64,000 nucleotides of DNA, taken from the IMG/VR virus record IMGVR_UViG_3300003797_000002; one strand, given 5' to 3'. Shown piece by piece: positions 17,670 to 26,269 of this stretch (positions are counted from its first letter, which is position 1; each line of letters begins with the position of its first letter). The position numbers were made by a program, and so were the translations under genes. Below the pieces are notes generated by a model. That model did not search any database and was not told where the DNA came from. It saw nothing but the letters and a program-made list of their open reading frames with translations. The DNA comes from a virus.

Positions 17670-17732
17670 CATTATTCCCGAGTCGTGTATTATCAGTAAT
17701 GTAGTCAGTGAGATATAAGGTGATTCGTTATG
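17666..17732 (+). promoter_or_regulatory. early promoter + leader cassette
   Basis: TTGACA 17666-71 (contains the nuclease TGA stop), 16 nt, TATTAT 17688-93, AATGTAGTCAGTGAGA..AAGGTGATTCGTTATG. Confidence 0.7.
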
Positions 17733-17909
17733 TTTAGTTTATCTGCTTCTATCTCTGTGATTCGTAGCTACGGTATCAATATCGACGGTGTGAGCGATAT
17801 TCTCAATGTTTTGGATGATCTAGGTCAAGTTCGTAAAGATGGTTACATCGACCAAAAGAATCTTGATCGCCAGATTCAAAAATATCGCAAAGCACAAAAG
17901 GCTGCTTGA
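17730..17909 (+). CDS. small hypothetical protein (59 aa, below ORF-track cutoff)
   Basis: MFSLSASISVIRSYGINIDGV..; cassette-driven; TGA stop inside the next TTGACA. Confidence 0.6.
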   Translation: MFSLSASISVIRSYGINIDGVSDILNVLDDLGQVRKDGYIDQKNLDRQIQKYRKAQKAA

Positions 17910-17971
17910 CATATAACTCGAATCTGTTATGGTAAGAATGTAGTCAGTGAGTTTGTGGAGCAATCAATATG
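17906..17971 (+). promoter_or_regulatory. early promoter + leader cassette
   Basis: TTGACA 17906-11, 16 nt with CGAATC, TATGGT 17928-33, AGAATGTAGTCAGTGAG, GGAG, ATG 17969. Confidence 0.7.
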
Positions 17972-18163
17972 AATCTTAAGCAACTCTTTGCCCCCATCGT
18001 GATTCGTTTTCAGTCATCGGATGATCTTGAAGCGGCTCTCTTTTTCCTCTCCGAATGCAACCGTGACAAGCTGAGTGATCGCCTTGTCAAACAGGTTGAT
18101 CGAATGGAAAAGTTGATCGCAAAGGAACTGATTCGTCGTGGCGTCAAGATTTGGGAGTTTTGA
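17969..18163 (+). CDS. hypothetical protein
   Basis: Cassette-driven; ends ..WEF* in junction GGAGTTTTGATTATG. Confidence 0.55.
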   Translation: MNLKQLFAPIVIRFQSSDDLEAALFFLSECNRDKLSDRLVKQVDRMEKLIAKELIRRGVKIWEF

Positions 18164-18165
18164 TT

Positions 18166-18402
18166 ATGTTTTTCTGCAAAAATCGTGTGCATCAGTATAT
18201 TGTGACACTGGAAGTAAACGGTCGTCATCCCTATCTTGTCGATCATGATCTGGATTATTTTGAAGGCAAGAAAGATGTCCAAGTTAAAGTGACCGCAACT
18301 TCTTGGAAAAAAGCAGATCAAGCAGCGCTTGATGTTGGTCCTTGCATAAAAGCTTGGTCCTGGCGTGTTAAGTCTATTGAAAAGGTATTTAAGGAGTTTT
18401 GA
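18166..18402 (+). CDS. hypothetical protein
   Basis: ATG 18166 in the conserved junction; ends ..KEF*. Confidence 0.55.
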   Translation: MFFCKNRVHQYIVTLEVNGRHPYLVDHDLDYFEGKKDVQVKVTATSWKKADQAALDVGPCIKAWSWRVKSIEKVFKEF

Positions 18403-18404
18403 TT

Positions 18405-18617
18405 ATGTTTACTGCTGTTGTGACTATTAGTACGGTGCCTGATCATGATGGAGACACGTATTTTCTGTTTGATGGAGTTGTGCATGATGAAGAAGAATAT
18501 GCTGATCTTCTGTTTGAACTTGAACAGCGCACTCATTACAAAATAGCAGGGCATAAAGGAAAGATTACTGTCCTCTCTGAAATCACTCGTCGTACCTCTA
18601 ATGTTTTGGAGTTTTGA
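18405..18617 (+). CDS. hypothetical protein
   Basis: ATG 18405 in the conserved junction; ends ..LEF*. Confidence 0.55.
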   Translation: MFTAVVTISTVPDHDGDTYFLFDGVVHDEEEYADLLFELEQRTHYKIAGHKGKITVLSEITRRTSNVLEF

Positions 18618-18619
18618 TT

Positions 18620-18724
18620 ATGAATACGTTTTATAAAATGGTGCTGTTTACGTTTCTCGCGAATGTTGCATTCTGGGGCATCATTATCGGTGTTATCTGG
18701 CACTTTGTTGCCAAGTTTTGGTGA
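18620..18724 (+). CDS. small membrane peptide (34 aa)
   Basis: MNTFYKMVLFTFLANVAFWGIIIGVIWHFVAKFW; ATG in the third copy of the junction. Confidence 0.45.
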   Translation: MNTFYKMVLFTFLANVAFWGIIIGVIWHFVAKFW

Positions 18725-18726
18725 GA

Positions 18727-18900
18727 ATGAATATGAAAGTATTTTGGGTACTAGGCTGGGATCGTTATTATCCTGCAGAAGATAACTTCCTTAAGTCGTT
18801 TGAGACTTTGGAAGAGGCACAAAAGTATATTGATGTGTGTCTGCAAGAGGCACACCATTATGATCGCTATGACATCATTGATATCAGTGGAAGGCTGTAA
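18727..18900 (+). CDS. hypothetical protein
   Basis: ORF; ATG 18727. Confidence 0.45.
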   Translation: MNMKVFWVLGWDRYYPAEDNFLKSFETLEEAQKYIDVCLQEAHHYDRYDIIDISGRL

Positions 18901-18902
18901 TC

Positions 18903-19208
18903 ATGGCCGCAATATATCTAGATTGCACAGATGAAGAGTTTCATGGTATTCACGAATCTGTGGACAAGTATCTGAAGCGCAAGGCTCCTAATGCTCCTGT
19001 TGATAAGGAAGCACTTAACAAGCTTCTAATGGATCATGGTAAGATTATTCGTGAACTGCGATCTAAGGGTATCATCATTCTACATCGCAGCAAGCAGCCA
19101 GATAAGCCCAAGCCACCGCGTAAGCCTAGGGCACCAAAGGTAGCACCAGAGCCATCTGCACCTGCTGCTCCAAAAAAGACTAGACAACCACGTAAAACTA
19201 GTGTATAA
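18903..19208 (+). CDS. hypothetical protein with Pro/Lys-rich C-terminal tail
   Basis: KQPDKPKPPRKPRAPKVAPEPSAPAAPKKTRQPRK tail. Confidence 0.55.
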   Translation: MAAIYLDCTDEEFHGIHESVDKYLKRKAPNAPVDKEALNKLLMDHGKIIRELRSKGIIILHRSKQPDKPKPPRKPRAPKVAPEPSAPAAPKKTRQPRKTSV

Positions 19209-19223
19209 GTAAAGACAATATGA

Positions 19224-19254
19224 CCCATACCTCTGTTACATATGTATGGGTTTT
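19224..19254 (+). terminator. rho-independent terminator
   Basis: CCCATAC(19224-30)/GTATGGG(19244-50) followed by TTTT. Confidence 0.6.
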
Positions 19255-19689
19255 CTGAGCCTCTTACGCCTCTGGATGGAATCCACCATAAGCGCACCAA
19301 AGAGGACTATCCGATAACTGCTCCAGGGATGAGGAGTAAGTGTCAATCTGCGCCGAGATGGAAGCGCAGACGTATTCGCGATCAACCTAGGCACGGTCTA
19401 GAATATGTCTCATATAAATACCATTGGAAGTTCTACTTCCATTGTACTCTTACAACGCTTCAAGTCTGCGATGGCTAGTAAGCATTATATCTACAGTATC
19501 ACGTTATACTATCGATATGATTCAAACGAAACAACGACGATCTTGCATTTCCAGTAAGAGGGAAATGGATGTAGAAGATACCATATACATTTACTTTGTA
19601 TCTTCTCATAGCATAGCTGTCTGTACGGGTTGAGATACCCTATAAGACTTTCAGTTGTCGCCTAGGTCTTCGAACCTAAGAGGGAAGAA
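19255..19689 (+). other. long structured non-coding region
   Basis: No credible ORF. Hairpins: TGGAT/ATCCA 19273-85, TCTGCGC/GCGCAGA 19347-70, TGGAAGT/ACTTCCA 19425-41, ATTTCC/GGAAAT 19548-67, GAAGATAC/GTATCTTC 19574-605. Confidence 0.5.
19413..19420 (+). promoter_or_regulatory. T4-type late promoter motif TATAAATA
   Basis: Exact motif inside the non-coding region, 270 nt upstream of the SleB-like gene. Confidence 0.4.
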
Positions 19690-20139
19690 ATGTCTTACCT
19701 AAATAAAATCTTCAAGGCGATTGCCACTCTCGCACTGTTGGTTGTAATACCACAAGCAATGGCACAAACACCAAAACACGATCAAGCGCAACTAGAATGC
19801 GTAGCACAGACAATCTATTTTGAAGCCCGTGGTGAGCCACTAAATGGTCAGGTTGCAGTTGCAAATGTAATAATGAATCGTGTAAAACAAGGCTATGCTA
19901 AAACTCCATGTGAAGTTATTGCTATGAAACACCAGTTTAGCTGGATTCATCACCATCCTAAGATTGTATATCAAGACCTATATGAAAAGAATAAGCAAGT
20001 TGCTCGTTCTGTTTACTACGGACATGTAGGAGACAACATTAATGGCGCAATCTTCTATCATGCAAACTATGTAAATCCACATTGGAAGTACAAGAGAGTT
20101 GTGACGATAGGTCATCACATATTCTATAAAATCGCATAA
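19690..20139 (+). CDS. SleB-family cell-wall hydrolase with signal peptide
   Basis: LALLVVIPQAMA signal; ECVAQTIYFEARGEP..GQVAVANVIMNRV hydrolase_2 signature. Confidence 0.8.
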   Translation: MSYLNKIFKAIATLALLVVIPQAMAQTPKHDQAQLECVAQTIYFEARGEPLNGQVAVANVIMNRVKQGYAKTPCEVIAMKHQFSWIHHHPKIVYQDLYEKNKQVARSVYYGHVGDNINGAIFYHANYVNPHWKYKRVVTIGHHIFYKIA

Positions 20140-20148
20140 ATAGATTTA

Positions 20149-20171
20149 GGGGTGGCTTCGGCTGCCCCTTT
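20149..20171 (+). terminator. rho-independent terminator
   Basis: GGGGTGGC-TTCG-GCTGCCCC (two G.U pairs) followed by TTTATCTCTT. Confidence 0.6.
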
Positions 20172-20200
20172 ATCTCTTGACAAAACATACAGGATCGACT

Positions 20201-20446
20201 ATGTATAAAGTATACTCAAAGCCAGGATGCTCAAACTGTACAGCAGCCAAAAATCTTCTCACATCAAAGTCCATTCCATTCGTTGAAATGGATATCACAG
20301 ACGAAGAAACAAAGAATCGTCTACTAACTGAAGTGCCACATGCGCGCACAGTACCACAGATTTTTTATAATGAAACATACATTGGAGGGTATAATGAACT
20401 CAATGAACGAATCAAAAACGAATCTACCAACGTCCTTCTTGGATGA
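20201..20446 (+). CDS. glutaredoxin
   Basis: MYKVYSKPGCSNCTAAK (CxxC), TVPQIF, GGYNEL. Confidence 0.8.
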   Translation: MYKVYSKPGCSNCTAAKNLLTSKSIPFVEMDITDEETKNRLLTEVPHARTVPQIFYNETYIGGYNELNERIKNESTNVLLG

Positions 20447-20675
20447 TCTAAAGCATAACATCTGTCAAGTCAACTTCACAAAGAAGGACGGAACAGTACG
20501 TAAAATGCTTTGCACTCTTTCTCCAGAGATTCTACCAGAACAGAATCTTGATGAACAATCTCAAACTCGTAAATCAAATCCAGATGTCATTTCAGTATGG
20601 GATCTAGAGAACAGTGGCTGGCGATCATTCCGCAAAGATTCTGTTGTTGATTTCAGTGTAGGGTTTTTTGTATAA
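20394..20675 (+). CDS. hypothetical protein (conserved phage small-domain type)
   Basis: VNFTKKDGTVRKMLCTL..VWDLENSGWRSF pattern; overlaps the end of the glutaredoxin gene. Confidence 0.4.
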   Translation: MNSMNESKTNLPTSFLDDLKHNICQVNFTKKDGTVRKMLCTLSPEILPEQNLDEQSQTRKSNPDVISVWDLENSGWRSFRKDSVVDFSVGFFV

Positions 20676-20854
20676 TGAACGAACTAACACGCTGGGAATA
20701 TATCCGAGCATTTATTGCTAAGTGGATCGTGATCAACATTGCAGCACGTATTAGCAGCCTCGCAGTGGCGTCACTGATGATAGAAACCTATGAACTTTAT
20801 CATCAAAAACTAACAGAAGAAATGGAAGCGGTGGAACCAAATGAGCAATCATGA
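20675..20854 (+). CDS. small membrane-associated hypothetical protein (59 aa)
   Basis: TAATG junction; below ORF-track cutoff. Confidence 0.4.
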   Translation: MNELTRWEYIRAFIAKWIVINIAARISSLAVASLMIETYELYHQKLTEEMEAVEPNEQS

Positions 20855-21800
20855 CCTAATGGAACGTAATGAGTTAAACAAGAACTCAAAGGGTGGTACA
20901 GAACTACTACAAGAACGTCTATATGCGGGTGGTGTTCCTCGTGAACTTCTAGAAGACACACAGATTGTTTTCTCACGCGCTCGTGAACTAGACGAAACCA
21001 AGACGAAGATTTACTACTGTCACGATCTACCAGAAGATCCAGAGTCGTCGCGACTTTCTGATCCCATGTACCGTAAGAAGTTTGATAAGTTTGTTTTCGT
21101 TTCAAACTGGCAGATGGAACAATACAACAACGTTCGTGGTGTACCATATAGCGATTCTGTTGTCATTAAAAACTCTATTGAACCTATCGACACTACAGCA
21201 AAGACTGTAGATGATAAAAAGATCCGATTGATCTACACACCTACTCCACATCGTGGTCTAGATATTCTGGTACCAGTCTTCATCAAGCTAGCCGAGAACG
21301 ATCCTAACATCACATTGGATGTCTATTCATCATTCAAGTTGTATGGTTGGGAACAACGCGATCAACAGTATGAAGACCTGTTTGAAGTCTGTCGCCAGCA
21401 TCCACAGATTAACTATCACGGCTCTGTAAGCAACGAAGATTTGCGCAGCGCATTGTTGAACGCAGACATCTTTGCATATCCTTCAATCTGGAAAGAAACC
21501 TCCTGTCTCTGTTTGATCGAAGCTATGTCTGCTGGTCTACTCTGCATTCATCCTAATCTAGCAGCACTACCAGAAACTTCTATGGGCTTGACATGGATGT
21601 ATCAGTGGAGCGAAGATAAGAATCATCATGCAAACTCATTCTATCAGGTTCTTTCACAGGGTATCAACGTTATGCGTAATCAAAGAGACTTGATTGCACA
21701 GGATCTTTATCTACAGAAAATCCAAGCAGATCGTACATACAACTGGAACACTAAAGCAATGGAATGGTCGGGTCTTCTAGAATCTCTAAAAAATAAGTAA
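20841..21800 (+). CDS. glycosyltransferase (GT-B, GT1/GT4-like)
   Basis: YPSIWKETSCLCLIEAMSAGL resembles the E..G..EAMA.G motif. Confidence 0.65.
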   Translation: MSNHDLMERNELNKNSKGGTELLQERLYAGGVPRELLEDTQIVFSRARELDETKTKIYYCHDLPEDPESSRLSDPMYRKKFDKFVFVSNWQMEQYNNVRGVPYSDSVVIKNSIEPIDTTAKTVDDKKIRLIYTPTPHRGLDILVPVFIKLAENDPNITLDVYSSFKLYGWEQRDQQYEDLFEVCRQHPQINYHGSVSNEDLRSALLNADIFAYPSIWKETSCLCLIEAMSAGLLCIHPNLAALPETSMGLTWMYQWSEDKNHHANSFYQVLSQGINVMRNQRDLIAQDLYLQKIQADRTYNWNTKAMEWSGLLESLKNK

Positions 21801-21819
21801 TGGTAGAGAGGAGACTTGT

Positions 21820-22188
21820 GTGAATACCAACACAGCTATTTCTACTAATGTTTCTGTTGAGATACGTTCAAACATCATTCAGTTCCCGTTGAAAAATAGA
21901 ACAAACTTTACCCAAGATCATCTTGAAGAGATGAGAGAGCAGGCTCTTCTAAACAAAATAGAGTTTGTTCATTTCGTGACGGATGAGATGACCGAAGAGT
22001 TGTTCTATAAGATTGGTATGCTAGGGTTCAACTTTGATGACGATGACTTCAGCAAAGATGTTGCACTAGTCATCGAATCCCTACGGTCATTGATCCTCAA
22101 GAGTATGGGAGTCAATCATGGGCTGCAACAAGCAGCAGAACAGTTGATTGACTTTCCAGACATCGATGAAGAATATTTTGACGAATAA
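21820..22188 (+). CDS. hypothetical acidic protein
   Basis: GTG start after GGAGA. Confidence 0.45.
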   Translation: MNTNTAISTNVSVEIRSNIIQFPLKNRTNFTQDHLEEMREQALLNKIEFVHFVTDEMTEELFYKIGMLGFNFDDDDFSKDVALVIESLRSLILKSMGVNHGLQQAAEQLIDFPDIDEEYFDE

Positions 22189-22250
22189 CTCTTTACAATG
22201 ATCTAAAAATGTTGTATATATAGATCATAACAACGTGAGAACAACCTAAC

Positions 22251-23096
22251 ATGATTATCCTAGATTTGTCACAAGTCATGATTTCGACTCTTATGGTCCA
22301 GATCGGTAACCATAAAAATGTCAAGATCGAAGAAGATATCATTCGGCATATGGTGTTGAACGCTCTACGCGCACACAAGGTAAAGTTTACTGCCGAGTTT
22401 GGTGAGATGGTCATTGCTTGTGATGACAAGAACTACTGGCGCAAGCAAGTTTATCCTTATTACAAAGCTAATCGCAAGAAGGAACGCGATGCTTCTGAAC
22501 TTGACTGGAATGCAGTGTTTGAAACACTCAACAAGATTCGTCAAGAAATCAAGGACTTCTTTCCTTACAAAGTCATTCAGGTAGAACACGCTGAAGCTGA
22601 TGATGTTATCGCTACTCTTGTCAAAGAGTATCATTTGCGTGAAAACATTTTGGTGCTGTCTGGCGATAAAGACTTTGGTCAGTTGCAGAAGTATCCTAAC
22701 GTCAAGCAATATAGCCCTGTCCTCAAGAAGTACATTACTTGTACCAATCCTGACTTGTTCCTCAAAGAACATATCATGAAGGGCGATGCATCTGATGGCA
22801 TTCCCAACTTTCTATCGGCTGATAATGTGTTCGTTATGGGCATTCGGCAGTCTCCTGTGTCTGCTAAGAAGCTGTCTTCTTGGATTCTTCAAGAACCTGA
22901 ACAGTTCTGCAATGAAACCATGCTGCGTAACTATAAGCGCAATCAACAGTTGATCGATCTTGATTGTATTCCTACTGAAATCTCAGAGCAAGTTCTGGAA
23001 CAGTACAATACTCAGAAGAAAGATCGTAGCAAACTGTTCAACTATTTTGTAGAAAATCGTTTGAAGAACCTTTTGGAATGTGTAGGTGATTTTTAA
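22251..23096 (+). CDS. rnh: RNase H / 5'-3' flap endonuclease (T4 rnh family)
   Basis: ILDLSQV.., YYKANRKK, EADDVIATLVK, SGDKDFGQLQKYPNVKQYSP collinear with T4 Rnh. Confidence 0.9.
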   Translation: MIILDLSQVMISTLMVQIGNHKNVKIEEDIIRHMVLNALRAHKVKFTAEFGEMVIACDDKNYWRKQVYPYYKANRKKERDASELDWNAVFETLNKIRQEIKDFFPYKVIQVEHAEADDVIATLVKEYHLRENILVLSGDKDFGQLQKYPNVKQYSPVLKKYITCTNPDLFLKEHIMKGDASDGIPNFLSADNVFVMGIRQSPVSAKKLSSWILQEPEQFCNETMLRNYKRNQQLIDLDCIPTEISEQVLEQYNTQKKDRSKLFNYFVENRLKNLLECVGDF

Positions 23097-23248
23097 TGGT
23101 AAGAAAAAGAGTTGGGCCACCAAAGATCAGTAAAGTTAAAACAACAAAAAGCGGCTCAACTCGCACATACACAAAAAGTTTGAGCGGTAAATGGTCTATA
23201 CAGGTTGGAGTGGAAAGACTCCTCGAAGAAAGAAATGATAGGGAATAA
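23096..23248 (+). CDS. small basic hypothetical protein (50 aa)
   Basis: TAATG junction with rnh. Confidence 0.35.
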   Translation: MVRKRVGPPKISKVKTTKSGSTRTYTKSLSGKWSIQVGVERLLEERNDRE

Positions 23249-23251
23249 ACA

Positions 23252-23752
23252 ATGTTAGGTATCTCAGAGATTTTGAATAAGATTGACGCTGAACCAGATT
23301 ACGAAAAGCGTCGTAGTATGCTAGCCGCAAACGTAAACAATCCTACGTTTATGGAAATCCTAAAGATGACATATCATCCTGGTGTTCGCTGGCTTCTACC
23401 AGAAGGTGCACCTCCATACAAGCCATGTCAGTTTCTAGATCAGCAAGCAATGCTCTATAACACTTTCCGCAAGATGTATCTTTGGGTTGGGCCAGAAAAT
23501 CCAAACATCTCGAAGGCAAAGCGTGAAGCATTGTTCGTAAACTTTTTGGAAGCACTTGATCCTGCTGATGCTAAACTTATCTTGGCAGTCAAGGATCGCA
23601 ATCTTCCATATGTAAACATCGATGAACAACTCGTTCGTAGTGTATTCACACTTTTGCTTCCACCTAAGCAGGAAGCAGATACAACAGTAGCAGAACCAGC
23701 CCCAGTCAAACGAGGTCGCGGGCGCCCTAAGAAAGAAACGGTAAATGCATAA
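23252..23752 (+). CDS. hypothetical protein with C-terminal AT-hook
   Basis: PVKRGRGRPKKE at the C-terminus. Confidence 0.55.
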   Translation: MLGISEILNKIDAEPDYEKRRSMLAANVNNPTFMEILKMTYHPGVRWLLPEGAPPYKPCQFLDQQAMLYNTFRKMYLWVGPENPNISKAKREALFVNFLEALDPADAKLILAVKDRNLPYVNIDEQLVRSVFTLLLPPKQEADTTVAEPAPVKRGRGRPKKETVNA

Positions 23753-23762
23753 GAAGAAGGTC

Positions 23763-23912
23763 ATGAAGTTCAAGGACTGGTACGAAGAAGACGAAGTGAA
23801 CAATACTTCTCAGTTGCGAGAGTATCGGGAACACAAGAAACAAAAACGTCTAAATAGAGCGATCAGGACACTTGATATTGACCAACTATTAGAAATGGAA
23901 GACGATGAGTAA
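23763..23912 (+). CDS. small charged hypothetical protein (49 aa)
   Basis: ATG after GAAGG; abuts the next ATG. Confidence 0.4.
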   Translation: MKFKDWYEEDEVNNTSQLREYREHKKQKRLNRAIRTLDIDQLLEMEDDE

Positions 23913-24275
23913 ATGAGTTATTGGGGTTATCACCTACTTTTGGATTGCGGCGGATGTGATATCGCTTCAATCACAAATCCAGAAAAACTAGAGCATTGGG
24001 TAAAGGAACTTGTCAAACGTATTGACATGATTCCTTATGGTGAGCCTCAGATTCTACATTTCGGTCACAATGAAGTCCATCTAGAAGGATGGACAGTGAT
24101 TCAACTCATAGAGACAAGCAACATCATTGCACACTTCAACGATCATACAGGAGAAGGTTATATTGACATCTTCTCCTGCCGTGAATATGACATCGATGAT
24201 GCTATCAATGTTGTCAATGAGTTTTTCAGCCCAGCTAGAATCCGCAAGACTTTTATCACGCGGCAAGCAGACTGA
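23913..24275 (+). CDS. speD: S-adenosylmethionine decarboxylase proenzyme-like (SpeD)
   Basis: WGYHLLLDCGGCD and LIETSNIIAHF (pyruvoyl-forming ES-type site). Confidence 0.65.
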   Translation: MSYWGYHLLLDCGGCDIASITNPEKLEHWVKELVKRIDMIPYGEPQILHFGHNEVHLEGWTVIQLIETSNIIAHFNDHTGEGYIDIFSCREYDIDDAINVVNEFFSPARIRKTFITRQAD

Positions 24276-24304
24276 TTTTATAAGTAATCGTAAGGAGTAA
24301 CTAC

Positions 24305-24616
24305 ATGCCAATGTACCAATACCTCATTCCTGAAACACAAGAAACGTGGGACGAGTTGTGGTCTTATGCATCACACAAGCAGTTTCTCCAAGACAATCCA
24401 CACATTCAGCAAGTATTTCATATGCCTATGCTCGTAGGTGGTACTGGTGATCGTGTAAAAACAGACAGTGGAATGAACGATGTTCTAAGTCGAATCGCCG
24501 CTGCTAATCCATTTTCTCCCCTCGCAGAGAAACATGGCTCTAAGAGTGTTAAAGAAACAAAGACCCGCGAAGCTGTCAACAAAGTAAAAAAGAAGCTTGG
24601 TGGTGCTTTGACATAA
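24305..24616 (+). CDS. hypothetical protein
   Basis: ORF with AAGGAG SD. Confidence 0.5.
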   Translation: MPMYQYLIPETQETWDELWSYASHKQFLQDNPHIQQVFHMPMLVGGTGDRVKTDSGMNDVLSRIAAANPFSPLAEKHGSKSVKETKTREAVNKVKKKLGGALT

Positions 24617-24655
24617 TGTGCCGGTGACTTAACGTAAAAACGATTAAGGAGTCTT

Positions 24656-25444
24656 ATGGCTACGACAAGAGCGGAAAAGCGAGACCGTAATAGACAGAGT
24701 AGACAAAGCAAAGAGAGAACCACAGAAGATAAACTGAAACTGCACTTATCTCAAATCACACCTGCTACAGACAATCAACGCAGGTCGTTCGAATACTATG
24801 ATGATGGCAAGAACCTTTTGCTCCACGGAGTTCCTGGTTCTGGCAAATCATTCATCAGTCTTTATCTTGCTCTTGAAGAGGTAATGGAAGACTTAAACAA
24901 ACCTCGTAAAGTAGTCATTATTAGAAGCGCACAATCATCTAAGTCCATCGGCTTCTTGCCTGGCACCGCGGCTCAGAAGATGGAAGTCTTTGAGGCGCCA
25001 TATATCTCCATCTGTGCAAAGTTATTCAAGCGTGGAGACGCATACAGCATCCTAAAACAAAAAGGCATTGTTGAGTTCGAATCAACATCATTCCTTCGTG
25101 GTACAACCATCGACAACGCTATTGTGATTCTAGATGAATGTCAGAATCTAGGTTATAACGAACTTAAAACAGTCTTGACACGTATTGGCGAAAATGCTAA
25201 AGTTATCGTATGCGGTGACATCAATCAAGATGACTTGACAAGTTCTCGTTATAATGAAGAGTCTGGTTTAAAATCTATGATGAGAGTTTTAGATAAGATT
25301 CCTTCTATCCGAAAAGTTGAGTTAGAAGTGGACGATATTGTTCGTTCTGGATTTGTCCGTGAGTTTATTTTAGCAGAACTACAACAGATTGGTTATTTTC
25401 GTGATACAAAAAAAGTTCAAACACAACACGACAACACTGCCTAG
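24656..25444 (+). CDS. phoH: PhoH-like ATPase
   Basis: HGVPGSGKSF Walker A, ILDECQN Walker B. Confidence 0.85.
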   Translation: MATTRAEKRDRNRQSRQSKERTTEDKLKLHLSQITPATDNQRRSFEYYDDGKNLLLHGVPGSGKSFISLYLALEEVMEDLNKPRKVVIIRSAQSSKSIGFLPGTAAQKMEVFEAPYISICAKLFKRGDAYSILKQKGIVEFESTSFLRGTTIDNAIVILDECQNLGYNELKTVLTRIGENAKVIVCGDINQDDLTSSRYNEESGLKSMMRVLDKIPSIRKVELEVDDIVRSGFVREFILAELQQIGYFRDTKKVQTQHDNTA

Positions 25445-26102
25445 TATTGACAGGATTGATGGTGATGAGAACACGGGGAGACTTTATCGTCTCCCCGATG
25501 GTTCTAAAGTTCCTTCTGTAACCACTGTCCTAGGGTGGTATAAGAAGCCTCAACTAGCAGAATGGCGTAAGCGGCTAGGTGAAGAAGAAGTTCAAAAGGT
25601 TTTGAGAAGAACTTCTAGTCGTGGTACCAAAGTTCATGCTATCTGTGAAGATTATCTACACAATAAAGAGATTGACAAAGACAAAGTAGATCCGTTTGCA
25701 TTGTTTTTGTTTACATCCATTCAAAAGTTTATTGATCGTATTGACAATGTTCTTGGTGTTGAGTTGCAGATGTACTCCAATCATCTTGGAGTTGCTGGAA
25801 CTGCTGACGTTATTGCAGACTTTGATGACCGTAGGTCTATCATCGACTTCAAGACATCAGATAAACCTAAGAAAGAGGAGTGGATTGATACATACTTCAT
25901 GCAGATGGCCATCTATGCGGTCATGTATGAAGAACTAACTGGTGTACCTGTGAATAATCTTGTTGTTATCATTGCAGTAGAGAACAGCGAACCTCAGTTG
26001 TTCATCCAAAGAAGAAACCAGTGGATTGGAAAAGCAGTCAATGTCATCAACACATACTACGATTATCACGGATTAACTCGTGGACAAATCACCAAAGTTT
26101 AA
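25389..26102 (+). CDS. PD-(D/E)XK nuclease (Cas4/RecB-like exonuclease)
   Basis: GTADVIADF..IIDFKTS..QMAIYAVMYE; start uncertain (non-ATG, overlaps phoH). Confidence 0.55.
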   Translation: MVIFVIQKKFKHNTTTLPSIDRIDGDENTGRLYRLPDGSKVPSVTTVLGWYKKPQLAEWRKRLGEEEVQKVLRRTSSRGTKVHAICEDYLHNKEIDKDKVDPFALFLFTSIQKFIDRIDNVLGVELQMYSNHLGVAGTADVIADFDDRRSIIDFKTSDKPKKEEWIDTYFMQMAIYAVMYEELTGVPVNNLVVIIAVENSEPQLFIQRRNQWIGKAVNVINTYYDYHGLTRGQITKV

Positions 26103-26268
26103 GAAACGCTATTTTCTGATTTTTATAACAGAAGAATCGGGTCGTGAAACCGATATCGACTATATCGGGCTGAACGCAAAGTCATTCAAAGACGCAAAAC
26201 GAATCGCTAGATGTGTCTATGGTGAGCATGGACCAAATCATATAGTTTACAAAAACGTGGAGATTTAA
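26080..26268 (+). CDS. hypothetical protein
   Basis: GTG start; ORF only. Confidence 0.3.
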   Translation: MDKSPKFKKRYFLIFITEESGRETDIDYIGLNAKSFKDAKRIARCVYGEHGPNHIVYKNVEI

Positions 26269-26269
26269 T

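Noticed and set aside
19242-19633. ORFs 19242-19478 and 19424-19633 in the long intergenic region
   Set aside because: They have no SD, their starts sit inside hairpins or the terminator, and their composition is atypical. The region is better explained as non-coding structured RNA or UTR.
20177-20205. TTGACA at 20177-20182 as a promoter for the glutaredoxin gene
   Set aside because: At 17-nt spacing, the only -10 candidate (TATGTA) overlaps the ATG start codon at 20201. Transcription would therefore begin inside the gene. The match is likely fortuitous.
1-21800. DNA hypermodification pathway (two glycosyltransferases plus dCMP deaminase, a methyltransferase and a cytidylyltransferase)
   Set aside because: No dCMP hydroxymethylase or other base-modifying enzyme is present in this window. 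ThyX plus dCMP deaminase point to ordinary dTMP synthesis. The targets of the glycosyltransferases cannot be inferred from sequence alone.
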